NCBI GenBank assembly: GCA_965204745.1
Contig: OZ242010.1
Coordinates: 3,659,767 to 3,723,766, forward strand
Length of the DNA stretch: 64,000 nt
Direction of reading: 5' to 3'
Origin: Candidatus Latescibacterota bacterium
GTDB lineage: Bacteria; Latescibacterota; UBA2968
The number at the start of each line of letters is the position of its first letter. The stretch's first letter is position 1. Both the position numbers and the translations under genes were made by a program. Positions 52,345 through 61,904 of the stretch are shown piece after piece. The notes beneath the pieces are model-generated. The model did no database searches. It saw nothing but the letters and a program-made list of their open reading frames with translations, and had not been told where the DNA came from.

Positions 52345-53730
52345 CTACAAGGATCGCAGAAAGGCGATGAGGGCGTCTCGGTCCGCTTTGGACAAGTTGC
52401 GGACCGCCTCGCGCGATTGCGCGGCTTCGCCCCCGTGGAACATAATGGCTTCGAGCAGGGTTGCTGCGCGGCCATCGTGCAAATAGGCCGGGATCCCGTT
52501 GACGGTCTCCGTTAGGCCAATGCCCCACAGCGGAGGCGTTTTCCACTCGTGGCCCGTGGCTTCGAAGTCCGGGCGATGATCGGCCAAGGCGTCGCCCATG
52601 TCGTGGAGCAACAAATCCGTGTACGGGTGGATGGTTTGATTGGACAGGGACGCGATGCTGTGATTGCCGGTTTGAAAGGTGGGCGTGTGGCAAGCGGCGC
52701 AACCGGTCGATTCAAAGAGGGCTTCGCCGCGCAGGGCTTGCGGGTCGTCCCAATCGCGGCGCGCGGGCACGGCCAGGGTTTGGATGTAAAACGCGGTGAC
52801 GTCCAGCGTCGTTTGACCGATTTCTGGATCGTCGTCCCGGCCGTCATGTTGGGGTTGTCCCCACACGGATTCCCGCGGAAAATAGGGATTGGTCACGCCC
52901 ATGTCTTCGTTGTACGCGCCGGCGGTTTGTTGCAAAATATCGGGATTGTTGGCTTTCAGGCCAAAACGCCCGAGTTCTCTTTGCCCGGTTCGGAAATTGT
53001 ACGCGTAGTTGGGCCGCCCCGAGATGCCATCGCCATCGGCATCTGAGGGATCGGACAGGGCGAGAATGTCGGCCTCGGCTATGGCTTCGAGCAAGCCGCG
53101 GCCAAACACGGGCGGGGCCATGCGCGCGGACAACAGCACGCCCGCGGGCAGGGGTTGGTACGGCGTGACTATGGTGTAGATCGGGTGTTTTAGGCGAACC
53201 TCTGCGCCATCGGACAGGGTTTCCACGGTTTCGTAAAAGCCGACTTGAACCCGCGCTTCGGGTGCGACGCCAAAATTTGCGCGGTCGCCGAGTTGCGTGC
53301 CGAACCCGGGCACCGGGACAGGCCCGCCGTGCGCGGTGAACCCGGGCAGGCTGACGCGCATGAGCATCGAGCCGACAAAGGGCGGTTCAGAGCCGAACGC
53401 GCCGCGGCCGCGCCCATCGCGCAGATGGCATCCAATGCAAGACGTGTGGCTAAACACCGGCCCAACGCCTGCGTTCACGTCTGCCGGTGGGGTGACAAAG
53501 ACTTGTTCAAACGCGACATCGCCCGCGAAAAATTTGTCGCGTTCGTCGGGCGAAAGCGTCGGAATCGGCATTTCAAACGCTTGGCTAGAGGCGTCAAAAA
53601 CAGTGGCATCCCCCCCGGACAAGGCGTTGTCCGGAGAGGGTTGCGGTGGCGCGACTGGGTTGTCCTTACCGCAGGCCCAAAAGCACAGCACTGCGGCGAG
53701 GACGACAAAAATGTGGCGATCTGTTTTCAT
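52345..53730 (-). CDS. Di-haem cytochrome c (DUF1111 / putative peroxidase family) lipoprotein
   Basis: Two CxxCH motifs (CIGCH, CAACH). Lipobox LCFWACG. Confidence 0.7.
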   Translation of the reverse strand: MKTDRHIFVVLAAVLCFWACGKDNPVAPPQPSPDNALSGGDATVFDASSQAFEMPIPTLSPDERDKFFAGDVAFEQVFVTPPADVNAGVGPVFSHTSCIGCHLRDGRGRGAFGSEPPFVGSMLMRVSLPGFTAHGGPVPVPGFGTQLGDRANFGVAPEARVQVGFYETVETLSDGAEVRLKHPIYTIVTPYQPLPAGVLLSARMAPPVFGRGLLEAIAEADILALSDPSDADGDGISGRPNYAYNFRTGQRELGRFGLKANNPDILQQTAGAYNEDMGVTNPYFPRESVWGQPQHDGRDDDPEIGQTTLDVTAFYIQTLAVPARRDWDDPQALRGEALFESTGCAACHTPTFQTGNHSIASLSNQTIHPYTDLLLHDMGDALADHRPDFEATGHEWKTPPLWGIGLTETVNGIPAYLHDGRAATLLEAIMFHGGEAAQSREAVRNLSKADRDALIAFLRSL

Positions 53731-53733
53731 CGC

Positions 53734-54810
53734 TTATTGCTCTGCTAGCACCAGTGGCAAAATATCGCGTTCGAGCGTTTGTTGCACGGTGGCGATGGCC
53801 TGTTGGGCCGCGGTGATTTGCGGGCCGTCCGTGGTCAGCGCGTCCCGGAATGGGAAGGAAATTTTGCCGATTTCCGCGATGGCCGTCTGAATTTCGGTTT
53901 GGAATCGCTGGTCGAGCGCGGAGGCTTTGCCGTTGACAAATTCGTCGAGCCCCACGGCTTCCACATTGTACCCGCCCATGTACACATTTTGAATGCTGCG
54001 GATGTTGTCTTGAAAATCGAGGAGCGAATTGAAGCTGAATTGCGATTCCACCAAGCGCGTATCCCGTTCGGTAAAGGGATCGGCAATTTTGCCATTTCCG
54101 ACTTCGTCTGCGATGCCCACCATGCCGTTGATCATTTCCTGCACCGCGGCTTTTTGCGTGGTGTACGTGTTGCTACCCGCGCCGGCATTGACCACTTGGG
54201 CGCGGAAGTTCTCGCCCGAGGCGATCCAACTCGTGTGTAGCGACACCGCCGCATCTTTGAGCAATTCCGCCGTGGCGATCAAATAATCGTATTGGCGCGG
54301 GGTAAAATCCGCGATGGTCTTGACGCCGCCCTGATCGAAGAGCAAAAATTCGATGGTGTGAAACCCCTTGAGCGTGTTGTCGAGGTTATCCACCGAGGAC
54401 TTGGTCAAGGGCGTGTCGCTCGACAAGACGGCTTCGAGGTCTGCGCGGTTGACCGGCCAGGTGTCCAGCGCGGGATCAAAGCCATTAAAATCAACCGGGC
54501 CGAACAAAAAGCCCTCGCTCTTTTCCCACGGAGAACGCGACGCCACCCATTTTGCGCGGGCAGTTGACAAGGTGGCTGGCGATGGGTTAGCTCTGAGATT
54601 TTGCACTGCGGTGAGGAGTTCCGAGGCTTTGTCGGACAGGTCTTTGTACGTCGGGATGACCGTTTTATCCGCAAAGTCGGTCAGGATAGGCGAGAAGTCG
54701 TACCCGGGATCGGGTTCCGGCTCCGGCGCGACTGGATTTGCGTCCTTGCTGCTGCACGCGGCGAGGGCGAGAGCGAAGGTGATGCCGAAGAAAAATTTAA
54801 CGCGGTTCAT
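53734..54810 (-). CDS. Imelysin (peptidase M75-like) family lipoprotein
   Basis: Lipobox LALAACS. Imelysin-family length and composition. Confidence 0.65.
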   Translation of the reverse strand: MNRVKFFFGITFALALAACSSKDANPVAPEPEPDPGYDFSPILTDFADKTVIPTYKDLSDKASELLTAVQNLRANPSPATLSTARAKWVASRSPWEKSEGFLFGPVDFNGFDPALDTWPVNRADLEAVLSSDTPLTKSSVDNLDNTLKGFHTIEFLLFDQGGVKTIADFTPRQYDYLIATAELLKDAAVSLHTSWIASGENFRAQVVNAGAGSNTYTTQKAAVQEMINGMVGIADEVGNGKIADPFTERDTRLVESQFSFNSLLDFQDNIRSIQNVYMGGYNVEAVGLDEFVNGKASALDQRFQTEIQTAIAEIGKISFPFRDALTTDGPQITAAQQAIATVQQTLERDILPLVLAEQ

Positions 54811-54827
54811 GGTGATCCTCCAAAAAA

Positions 54828-56057
54828 TTAGAATTGAAAACCGAGTGCGAAACTGGCGGTGTTTTCGCCATTGAAATTTGCGGCGCCCAACCGGCGCATG
54901 GCATAATCGGCCTTGAGCACGACCGCATTGCCCATCGCGTAGTTGAGGCCAAACGCGTACACCCGACGGCTAAAGCGCGGGTTGTCGAAAAAATTGGGCG
55001 GGGTTTCGGCCATCGTGTCGTAGGCGTCAAACCGAAAAAACAGGTGGCATTGTTCCTCCTTGCGCGATGTGAAAAAGGGTAAAATATCGTAACCGACTTC
55101 CGCGTACAGCGCGTACGCGGCACTGGCGACGGGCGTTCTCAACACGTCGAGATTGTTGGACAAGGTGCGATTGCGCTGGCTGACAAGGGCCGCGTTTTGC
55201 AGATGACCGTAGAGGTACATGCCCTGTGCGCGGAGGCGGTTGTACCGCAACACGGCGTGGACGTCGAAAATGGATACGTGGGCGTCCGCGTCTTTCATGT
55301 CGGGTTTGGGGCGGTTGTCCGCGCTGTTGCCGCGATAGGCCGATGCGCCGAGCGCGAGCCCTTCTGCGACTTGGTAGTCCAACCGCGCCGCGAGTGCCAT
55401 ATTGGAGGCGCGCACGTCTTCAAAGCGCGTTTGGTGCCCGCCCACGATCCAGTATTGCGAACTAAAGCCCGTGGCGTCCAAGCCATTGACGAGTTGCACG
55501 CGATAGCGCAAGCGGCCGACTTGCCCGTTGATTTCGATGCCGGTCTCGTGCCAGATCGCGGGGATGACGGCGGTTTCCGATTCCGGGCGGCGCGTGCCGA
55601 AAAAGTCTGTGGGGTGGTATTGCTCGGTGGTGAGGCCCACGCCGACGTAGAAATGGCCCAAGCGGAGGTTGAAGGCGTCGGAAAATTCGCGCTCCACATA
55701 GAGTTCTTCGAGGATGATCTCCCCGCCCTTTTCCACTTCGGTTTCGTATTCGCCAAATTCCTCGTATTCAATTTCGAGGGCGCCGCCCGTGCCGCCGTGC
55801 TCGATTTCCACTTCGACTTCGAGCTCGACGCCGTGCAACAGATGGGTTTCCAACTCGAGGGCTAGCCGCGCAATGTCAATCGTGGCGCGGCTATCGCGCG
55901 GCGAACCCATGGGGCCGCTCTTCTGATCGGGGCCATAATCGAAATGCGAGTAGATGAGTTCGCCATATCCCGAGAGTTTGAATTTGGGCTCATCGGCTGC
56001 GATGCTCATGGGCAAGGCGAGCGCGAGACAGATACTGCGGAGAAGCAATGCGTTCAT
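54828..56057 (-). CDS. Outer-membrane beta-barrel (porin-like) protein
   Basis: Signal peptide. Alternating beta-strand pattern. C-terminal ...ALGFQF (terminal Phe). Confidence 0.5.
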   Translation of the reverse strand: MNALLLRSICLALALPMSIAADEPKFKLSGYGELIYSHFDYGPDQKSGPMGSPRDSRATIDIARLALELETHLLHGVELEVEVEIEHGGTGGALEIEYEEFGEYETEVEKGGEIILEELYVEREFSDAFNLRLGHFYVGVGLTTEQYHPTDFFGTRRPESETAVIPAIWHETGIEINGQVGRLRYRVQLVNGLDATGFSSQYWIVGGHQTRFEDVRASNMALAARLDYQVAEGLALGASAYRGNSADNRPKPDMKDADAHVSIFDVHAVLRYNRLRAQGMYLYGHLQNAALVSQRNRTLSNNLDVLRTPVASAAYALYAEVGYDILPFFTSRKEEQCHLFFRFDAYDTMAETPPNFFDNPRFSRRVYAFGLNYAMGNAVVLKADYAMRRLGAANFNGENTASFALGFQF

Positions 56058-56385
56058 AACCCTCCCTCGATGCGATGGGTTGACAAGAATAAGACGGGGG
56101 TTATATTGTGCTGTGCAAGCGCGGAGAGCGCATCTCTCTGGCGCGTGCGCGCGGATGATCGGCGATGGCCAGGCAAGTCAGAACCGATCATCCTTTTTTT
56201 GTCAGTTGGGCTTTATTGTTTTACTAATAAAACAACCGCCCAAAGAATAAAACAGATGTTAAAACTTGTCAACAATTTTTTGCAATCATCGCCGTTCATC
56301 CCTGCTTACCACGCAGAGACATGCCTGTGGTTGCTTTTTTCGCTTTTCAAAACGCTTGAATTTTCAGCCTAAGCGCGTATTTTAG

Positions 56386-56504
56386 CAAGAGGCAAGAGGC
56401 AAGAGGCAAGAGGCAAGAGGCAAGAGGCAAGAGGCAAGAGGCAAGAGGCAAGAGGCAAGAGGCAAGAGGCAAGAGGCAAGAGGCAAGAGGCAAGAGGCAA
56501 GAGG
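56386..56504. repeat. (CAAGAGG)x17 heptamer array abutting the RBS of the downstream oxidoreductase gene
   Basis: The array ends ...caagaggCAAGGAGatcgacATG; the last unit grades into the AAGGAG Shine-Dalgarno of the 56518 gene. Confidence 0.95.
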
Positions 56505-56517
56505 CAAGGAGATCGAC

Positions 56518-57495
56518 ATGTCGAATGGATTAAAGGTCGCGGTGATCGGGGCGAGTGGCATTGGGCAACACCACGCGCGATGGCATCACTTGTCCGGGTC
56601 TCAAGTGGTGGCATTTGCAGGCACGTCGAAAGAAACGTGTGCGAAAACCCGATCCCTGTTGCAGGCGGACTTTGGCTTTGATGGCCGTGCGTACACGGAC
56701 GTGGCGCGCATGCTCAAAGCCGAACAACCCGACGTGGTCGATGTGTCTAGCCCGCCGCATTTGCACAAAGACCACGCGATTTTGGCATTGCAAAGCGGAT
56801 GCCATGTGGTGTGTGAAAAACCCCTGTGTTGGGACGAGGACAAGGGCTTGGACGCGATTTTGGACGATGGACGCGCCGTGGTGGATGCGGCGAAACAGGC
56901 GGGCAAATCCCTGGCGATGTCTGCCCAATATGCCGCGGCGATCCCGATGTATCGCCAACTCTACACGCGGGCGAGAGGCGCGTGGGATCGCGTTGACTCG
57001 GTCGAGATGGTCATGGAATCGAAGGGGCGCAGGGGGCCGAAAGCGCGAGAAGAGATCTGGATCGATCTCGCTTCCCATCCCTTGAGCTTGGTCTTTGGCT
57101 TTTTGCCCGATGGGGAAATCGACTGGTCGAGCGCGGCGTGTGAGATTGGCGAGCGGGAAAATCGCGCACGATTTGACGTGCTCACGCCCAAAGGCCGATG
57201 CGCCGTGCAATTCGCGTTGCGCGACAGGGACGAGGGCGTCCCCATCCGACAATTCGGCGTCAATGGCTTTTTGGTCAACTGGGAGGGCTTTGCCGACGAG
57301 GAGGGGATTTATCGCGCACGCCTCTCAGCCGATGGCGAGACCGCGACTTGCCCGGATTTTATGCACATTTTCATCGGCGAATTTGCCGAGCACATCCGCG
57401 GCACAGGCGGGCAGGTCATCGTTTCCGGCGCGGACGCCCTGAAGAATTTGCAGGCTCAAATCGCGCTGCTCAAGCGCGCGGACAGGCGGGTGTGA
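56518..57495 (+). CDS. Gfo/Idh/MocA family oxidoreductase
   Basis: VAVIGASGIGQHHA Rossmann fold. VVCEKP. Confidence 0.8.
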   Translation: MSNGLKVAVIGASGIGQHHARWHHLSGSQVVAFAGTSKETCAKTRSLLQADFGFDGRAYTDVARMLKAEQPDVVDVSSPPHLHKDHAILALQSGCHVVCEKPLCWDEDKGLDAILDDGRAVVDAAKQAGKSLAMSAQYAAAIPMYRQLYTRARGAWDRVDSVEMVMESKGRRGPKAREEIWIDLASHPLSLVFGFLPDGEIDWSSAACEIGERENRARFDVLTPKGRCAVQFALRDRDEGVPIRQFGVNGFLVNWEGFADEEGIYRARLSADGETATCPDFMHIFIGEFAEHIRGTGGQVIVSGADALKNLQAQIALLKRADRRV

Positions 57496-57499
57496 TCCC

Positions 57500-58804
57500 A
57501 TGAAAGAGGTCTTGTTTATCGCCTATCACTATCCCCCTATCGCATCTGGTACGGCCCGGGTAAAGGGGTTTGTCCAGCACTTACCCGAGTTGGGATATCG
57601 CCCGCACATCTTGACGACGGCAACCTACGGACAGACATCTGACCCTCGGGTGTACCGCGCGCGTGAATTGCTCGGTTTGTACCGGTTTTTGTTTCATCGA
57701 AAACAGCGCGGCGCAATCCCCATTCAGCGGTCTTTTGAGCGCACGCAGATGCGCGGCATTCGCAACTTGGCGCGCCAGTGCAAGCGATTTCTATTCATTC
57801 CCGACGGGCAAATCGGATGGCTACCACACGCGCTTGGGATGGGGTTGCGACTCATCCGCCGGCACCGCATCGAGGTTTTGTATTCCACTGCGCCCCCTTT
57901 TTCGGCTCACCTGTTGGGCCTGATGCTCAAGCGACTGACGGGAATACCCTGGGTTGCAGACTTTAGGGATACCTGGACCTATGACCCGCTTGACGAGGCA
58001 TTGCTGGCTCTGCCCACGCGCCTGCAAATTGAACGCTGGCTAGAGTGCGCGGTTTTGCACCGGGCAAACAGGGCGATTGCCGTTACAGATGTAGCTTTTG
58101 AAGATTTTGCCCATCGCTATCCCGCACTGCGCGACCGGTTGCTGTTCATTCCAAATGGGTTCAATCCCGAGGACGTACCCAAACCCATTCCCTGCCCCGC
58201 AGAGCGTGCGCGGCTGCGTTTGGTCTATACGGGGTCCTTTTCTCACAGCCATGTTGCCCGATCTCCCGAGCCTTTTTTTGAGGGCGTCAAACGGTTTGCG
58301 AAGCGGTGTCCACACGAGGCGCGCAAGTTGGAAATCGTGATTGTGGGCGCGCTCAGCCCTTCTGAACGACGATGCGCTGCGGAATTGGCTCAGGTCGTGA
58401 AATTGGTGGGACCCGTTTCTCGGCAAACGGCCATCGGATGGCAACAGCGTGCCGATGTGTTGTTGTTGTCGGATCATGTGCATGCGGTACCGGCCTCAAA
58501 TATCCCGGGAAAGTGTTATGAATATCTGGCCGCTCAAAAGCCCATTTTCGCGCTCGTTCCCGAAGGCGCGACTCGGCGGTTGATCGAGAAATTGCGAGCG
58601 GGTATTTGCGTTTTGCCAGATGATGTCAATGCAATAGAGAGGGGTTTGAAAAAATTGCTGATGGCGCGACAAAATGGCGCGTTAGATACTTGGCGCGTAT
58701 CTCGGGCACAACTGAAATGCTTTCACGCTCGCACGACCGCCGCGCAACTCACTCGATGTTTTGATCGAATCACTTCTGACTGCCCTTCGCGCCTCCCGCC
58801 TTGA
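57500..58804 (+). CDS. Glycosyltransferase family 4 (GT-B) protein
   Basis: GT4-type C-terminal domain with the E-x7-E region (KCYEYLAAQKPIFA). Confidence 0.65.
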   Translation: MKEVLFIAYHYPPIASGTARVKGFVQHLPELGYRPHILTTATYGQTSDPRVYRARELLGLYRFLFHRKQRGAIPIQRSFERTQMRGIRNLARQCKRFLFIPDGQIGWLPHALGMGLRLIRRHRIEVLYSTAPPFSAHLLGLMLKRLTGIPWVADFRDTWTYDPLDEALLALPTRLQIERWLECAVLHRANRAIAVTDVAFEDFAHRYPALRDRLLFIPNGFNPEDVPKPIPCPAERARLRLVYTGSFSHSHVARSPEPFFEGVKRFAKRCPHEARKLEIVIVGALSPSERRCAAELAQVVKLVGPVSRQTAIGWQQRADVLLLSDHVHAVPASNIPGKCYEYLAAQKPIFALVPEGATRRLIEKLRAGICVLPDDVNAIERGLKKLLMARQNGALDTWRVSRAQLKCFHARTTAAQLTRCFDRITSDCPSRLPP

Positions 58805-59174
58805 CACGGCGCGAGTGCCCTGATTCTCGGTTTCAAGAACCAAGAGACCGTTGCATATTCGGTGTCGTTATCTATCGAGACGATAGATCGATCTCAAAAC
58901 AAGGAGAAAGCAAAATGCCTGATCTGTAGCGTGAAACATTCGTAGAGAAGCGCGTCCTGTATCGCCTCAAAGTCCGGGGGCGGGTCGTTATCATTGCGCG
59001 AGTCGATGTCGAGCGGTTGCAACGAGCGGTTTGGGGCCAATGTCAATCCGTTCGCACTATCGAGACGCCCGTGGATGAGTAGCCTAACAGGACAAGCATG
59101 TAACAGGAAATCGAATTTTCCCCATTCCGCAGATTCGCTGGGATGGGTCAACCCCCAACACAAAGGAGCACCCC

Positions 59175-60452
59175 ATGTGGAAATGGATGCAACATAAAAT
59201 CGCTTCAGCACAAGTGCTGTCAGTGCTGTCCTTTATCGCCCTTACATCGCTGGTCTTTACAGGGCCTGCCGGATCCAATTCTGAAAACGCGACCTCGAGC
59301 ACTGAAAGCGCGCCGACAACCAAGACCGCGGGCACGGTCGACCCGAATGGCGATGGCGCGGTTGATTTTTCGGTTGTTGCCTTTGGTCCCAACGCCAATG
59401 CGCGACTGTCATTAGATCTCGATGCCAGTGACAATAAAATGAATGACGGCAACACATCGGGTACTGTTGCAGGTGCTGGTACCGATGTTGTCGTCGAGGT
59501 GTTTATCACGGGGTTGGCAGGCCCAATTATCGGTGGTGAGTTTTCCATTGATACGAATAGGCTGACCGTCAAGAGTGCGGCGGCTACGCCGGGGTTGTCG
59601 GTTCTTGGGACTACCGCAACAACTGTCTCATTTGGTGGTTTCCCACCGGGCATTACCCTGCCCAATGGCTATTTGGGAACGGTTACGCTTACGACAACTT
59701 CTGATGTGACCAATGTGGCGTTCACTGTCTCGGCAAGCATGAATGTGGCGGATGGCACAAATCTTGGTGAGACGGATATGATTACCGCTACACCTTTGTC
59801 GTTTAATACCACCCCGCCACCGCCTCCCTCGCCTCCCTTTTCACTTTCTTTGGATGGCGATGACGCAACCGGCGATCAAGCGGTCAAGGAGGTCGATGTT
59901 TCGCCCGGGGCCGTTGCGACCATCCAGGTCTTTGGCAAAGGGATTCGGAATGCGACCGGCGTTTCTGCGCGTTTTGAATACGATTCCGCGCAGGTGACTT
60001 ACGAGGGATTTGACGCGGGCGGTATTCTGCCCAATGCACAGGTGATTGCCCTACCTTCGAGGAATCCAACGGCTGTCGAGATTAGCCTCGTATCTTTTGG
60101 CGGGCAAGCCACTGCGGATAGCGGCTTGGTGGGCAATATTCGCTTTCGCACGATGAGCGCGTTTTCCAGCACGACGCTTCGGTTGGTGCGTGCGGATCTC
60201 GGCAGGGGGACGCAAACCGAGCGCGTGACGTTTGCCGATACCCAAATCACCTTACAACCCGCGGCACTGACGCCGGACTTCAACGGCGATGGGAGGGTCA
60301 ATTTCGCCGACTTTTTGTTGTTCACCGCGCAATTCGGATTGCGGCGCGGCGACGCGGGTTATGAGGCGCGGTTCGATTTGGATGGCGATGGCACAATCGG
60401 CTTCGGCGATTTCCTGATCTTTGGTCGCGCCTTCGGTCGGGAAGAATCATAA
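59175..60452 (+). CDS. Secreted dockerin-domain protein with cohesin/Ig-like beta-sandwich region
   Basis: Signal peptide. Two C-terminal dockerin Ca-binding repeats DFNGDGRVNFADFLLF and DLDGDGTIGFGDFLIF. An additional DPNGDGAVDFSVVAF loop near the N-terminus. Confidence 0.6.
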   Translation: MWKWMQHKIASAQVLSVLSFIALTSLVFTGPAGSNSENATSSTESAPTTKTAGTVDPNGDGAVDFSVVAFGPNANARLSLDLDASDNKMNDGNTSGTVAGAGTDVVVEVFITGLAGPIIGGEFSIDTNRLTVKSAAATPGLSVLGTTATTVSFGGFPPGITLPNGYLGTVTLTTTSDVTNVAFTVSASMNVADGTNLGETDMITATPLSFNTTPPPPPSPPFSLSLDGDDATGDQAVKEVDVSPGAVATIQVFGKGIRNATGVSARFEYDSAQVTYEGFDAGGILPNAQVIALPSRNPTAVEISLVSFGGQATADSGLVGNIRFRTMSAFSSTTLRLVRADLGRGTQTERVTFADTQITLQPAALTPDFNGDGRVNFADFLLFTAQFGLRRGDAGYEARFDLDGDGTIGFGDFLIFGRAFGREES

Positions 60453-60480
60453 CTGCAGACAAACGAGGAGAGCGTTTGCA

Positions 60481-61410
60481 ATGGAAGCTATGCGTCCAAA
60501 CCGGTCTTTGAAAAGCTACTTCGGAATCGCGCTCAGGGGCGTGTGCATGGGTTCAGCCGATGTCGTGCCCGGGGTGTCGGGCGGCACGATGGCACTGATC
60601 ACAGGCATTTACGAAGAGTTGATTCTGTCGATTCGATCCTTCGATGCACGGGCACTGCGGCTTTTGATGGGGCTTCGGATCAAAGACCTGTTCGGTTACG
60701 TGCGCTGGCCTTTTTTGTGCGCCCTGCTCATGGGGATTCTCTTGGCGATTTTTTCCCTGTCGCGTGCGATTACCTATTTGTTGGAAAACGAGCCGGTTTT
60801 GCTGTGGGCGTTTTTCTTTGGGCTGGTGTTGGCGTCTGTTTATACGGTGGGCAAGCGCGTTCCGCAGTGGCATTGGCGAACTGTTTTGGGCGCGGTTGGC
60901 GCGACCCTGGGCGCGTATTTTCTCGTGGGCTTGGTGCCGGTTGAAATGCCGCACGGGCCACCGTATATTTTTTGTTCGGCTGTGATTGCGATTTGCGCGA
61001 TGATTTTGCCGGGTATTTCCGGGTCCTTTGTGTTGGTCTTGCTCGGGCAGTATGCGTATATTTTGAACGCGGTCAATACGCGCGATCTGTTCGTCATCGC
61101 GGTCTTTGGCGCGGGCGCTGTGGTCGGGCTGATGGCATTTGCGCGCGTTCTGGGCTGGTTTTTTCAGCGGTATCACGACTTGACTATCGCGCTGTTGACC
61201 GGGCTGATGCTCGGCTCGCTCAGGAAAATTTGGCCGTGGAAAGAAACGATAGAGACGATAGTCAATCGGCACGGCGAGGAAGTGCCCTTGGTTCAGGTGA
61301 ACGTGCTACCCGAGACGTGGACGAGTGAAGTGATGGGTGCGCTCGGCCTCGCGCTTTTTGGGCTGATGCTCGTACTGGTGCTCGAGCGTTTGGCCCAGTC
61401 CAAGGAATAA
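60481..61410 (+). CDS. DUF368 family polytopic membrane protein (candidate undecaprenyl-phosphate translocase family)
   Basis: GVSGGT and GISGS motifs in a repeated half-topology. Confidence 0.65.
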   Translation: MEAMRPNRSLKSYFGIALRGVCMGSADVVPGVSGGTMALITGIYEELILSIRSFDARALRLLMGLRIKDLFGYVRWPFLCALLMGILLAIFSLSRAITYLLENEPVLLWAFFFGLVLASVYTVGKRVPQWHWRTVLGAVGATLGAYFLVGLVPVEMPHGPPYIFCSAVIAICAMILPGISGSFVLVLLGQYAYILNAVNTRDLFVIAVFGAGAVVGLMAFARVLGWFFQRYHDLTIALLTGLMLGSLRKIWPWKETIETIVNRHGEEVPLVQVNVLPETWTSEVMGALGLALFGLMLVLVLERLAQSKE

Positions 61411-61471
61411 TACCTCAGCGAATCAACGAATCAACGAAGTGCGTCGGGTTTTGGGGCTGTTGGGCGGGGAC

Positions 61472-61762
61472 TGACTACTGACTAGGTTCTGTTGACATTT
61501 ACGAGCAAAGCAACTGGCTTGAGCGGTTTTGCGAGGGGGACCTACCCCCTAACCCCCTTCCTAAGAGGAAGGGGGAACGGTGATGGGTCTTCCGAGGGAT
61601 TGCTCGAGAGGTTTTTTGGGTTCTATGGCGTGATCCATTCGCCCAAAGCCATCAAAGGAGCTTTACTCCCCTTTCCTCGTAGGAAAGGGGCCGGGGGATA
61701 GGTCCCCTCGCGCTTTGCTAATCTGTGCGTAACGTGAAAAAAATGAAATGTCAACACAACCT
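61472..61762. mobile_element. MITE family A copy (~290 bp, internally deleted, reverse orientation), flanked by CTGACTA arrays
   Basis: TIR ctaggttctgttgacattt (61472-61490) and aaatgtcaacacaacctac (61744-61762). Interior shares hairpin modules with 20781-21242. Confidence 0.5.
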
Positions 61763-61904
61763 ACTGACTACTGACCACTTGGTGGTCGGGTTGGGCGGGA
61801 AACTTGCTACGCATGTGGTCTATTTTTGATTGTGCTTGACGGGGTTGCGTCTTGAAACTTAACATTGTCCCTCCACTTTTAACCCTTAATTCATCGAGGT
61901 AAAT

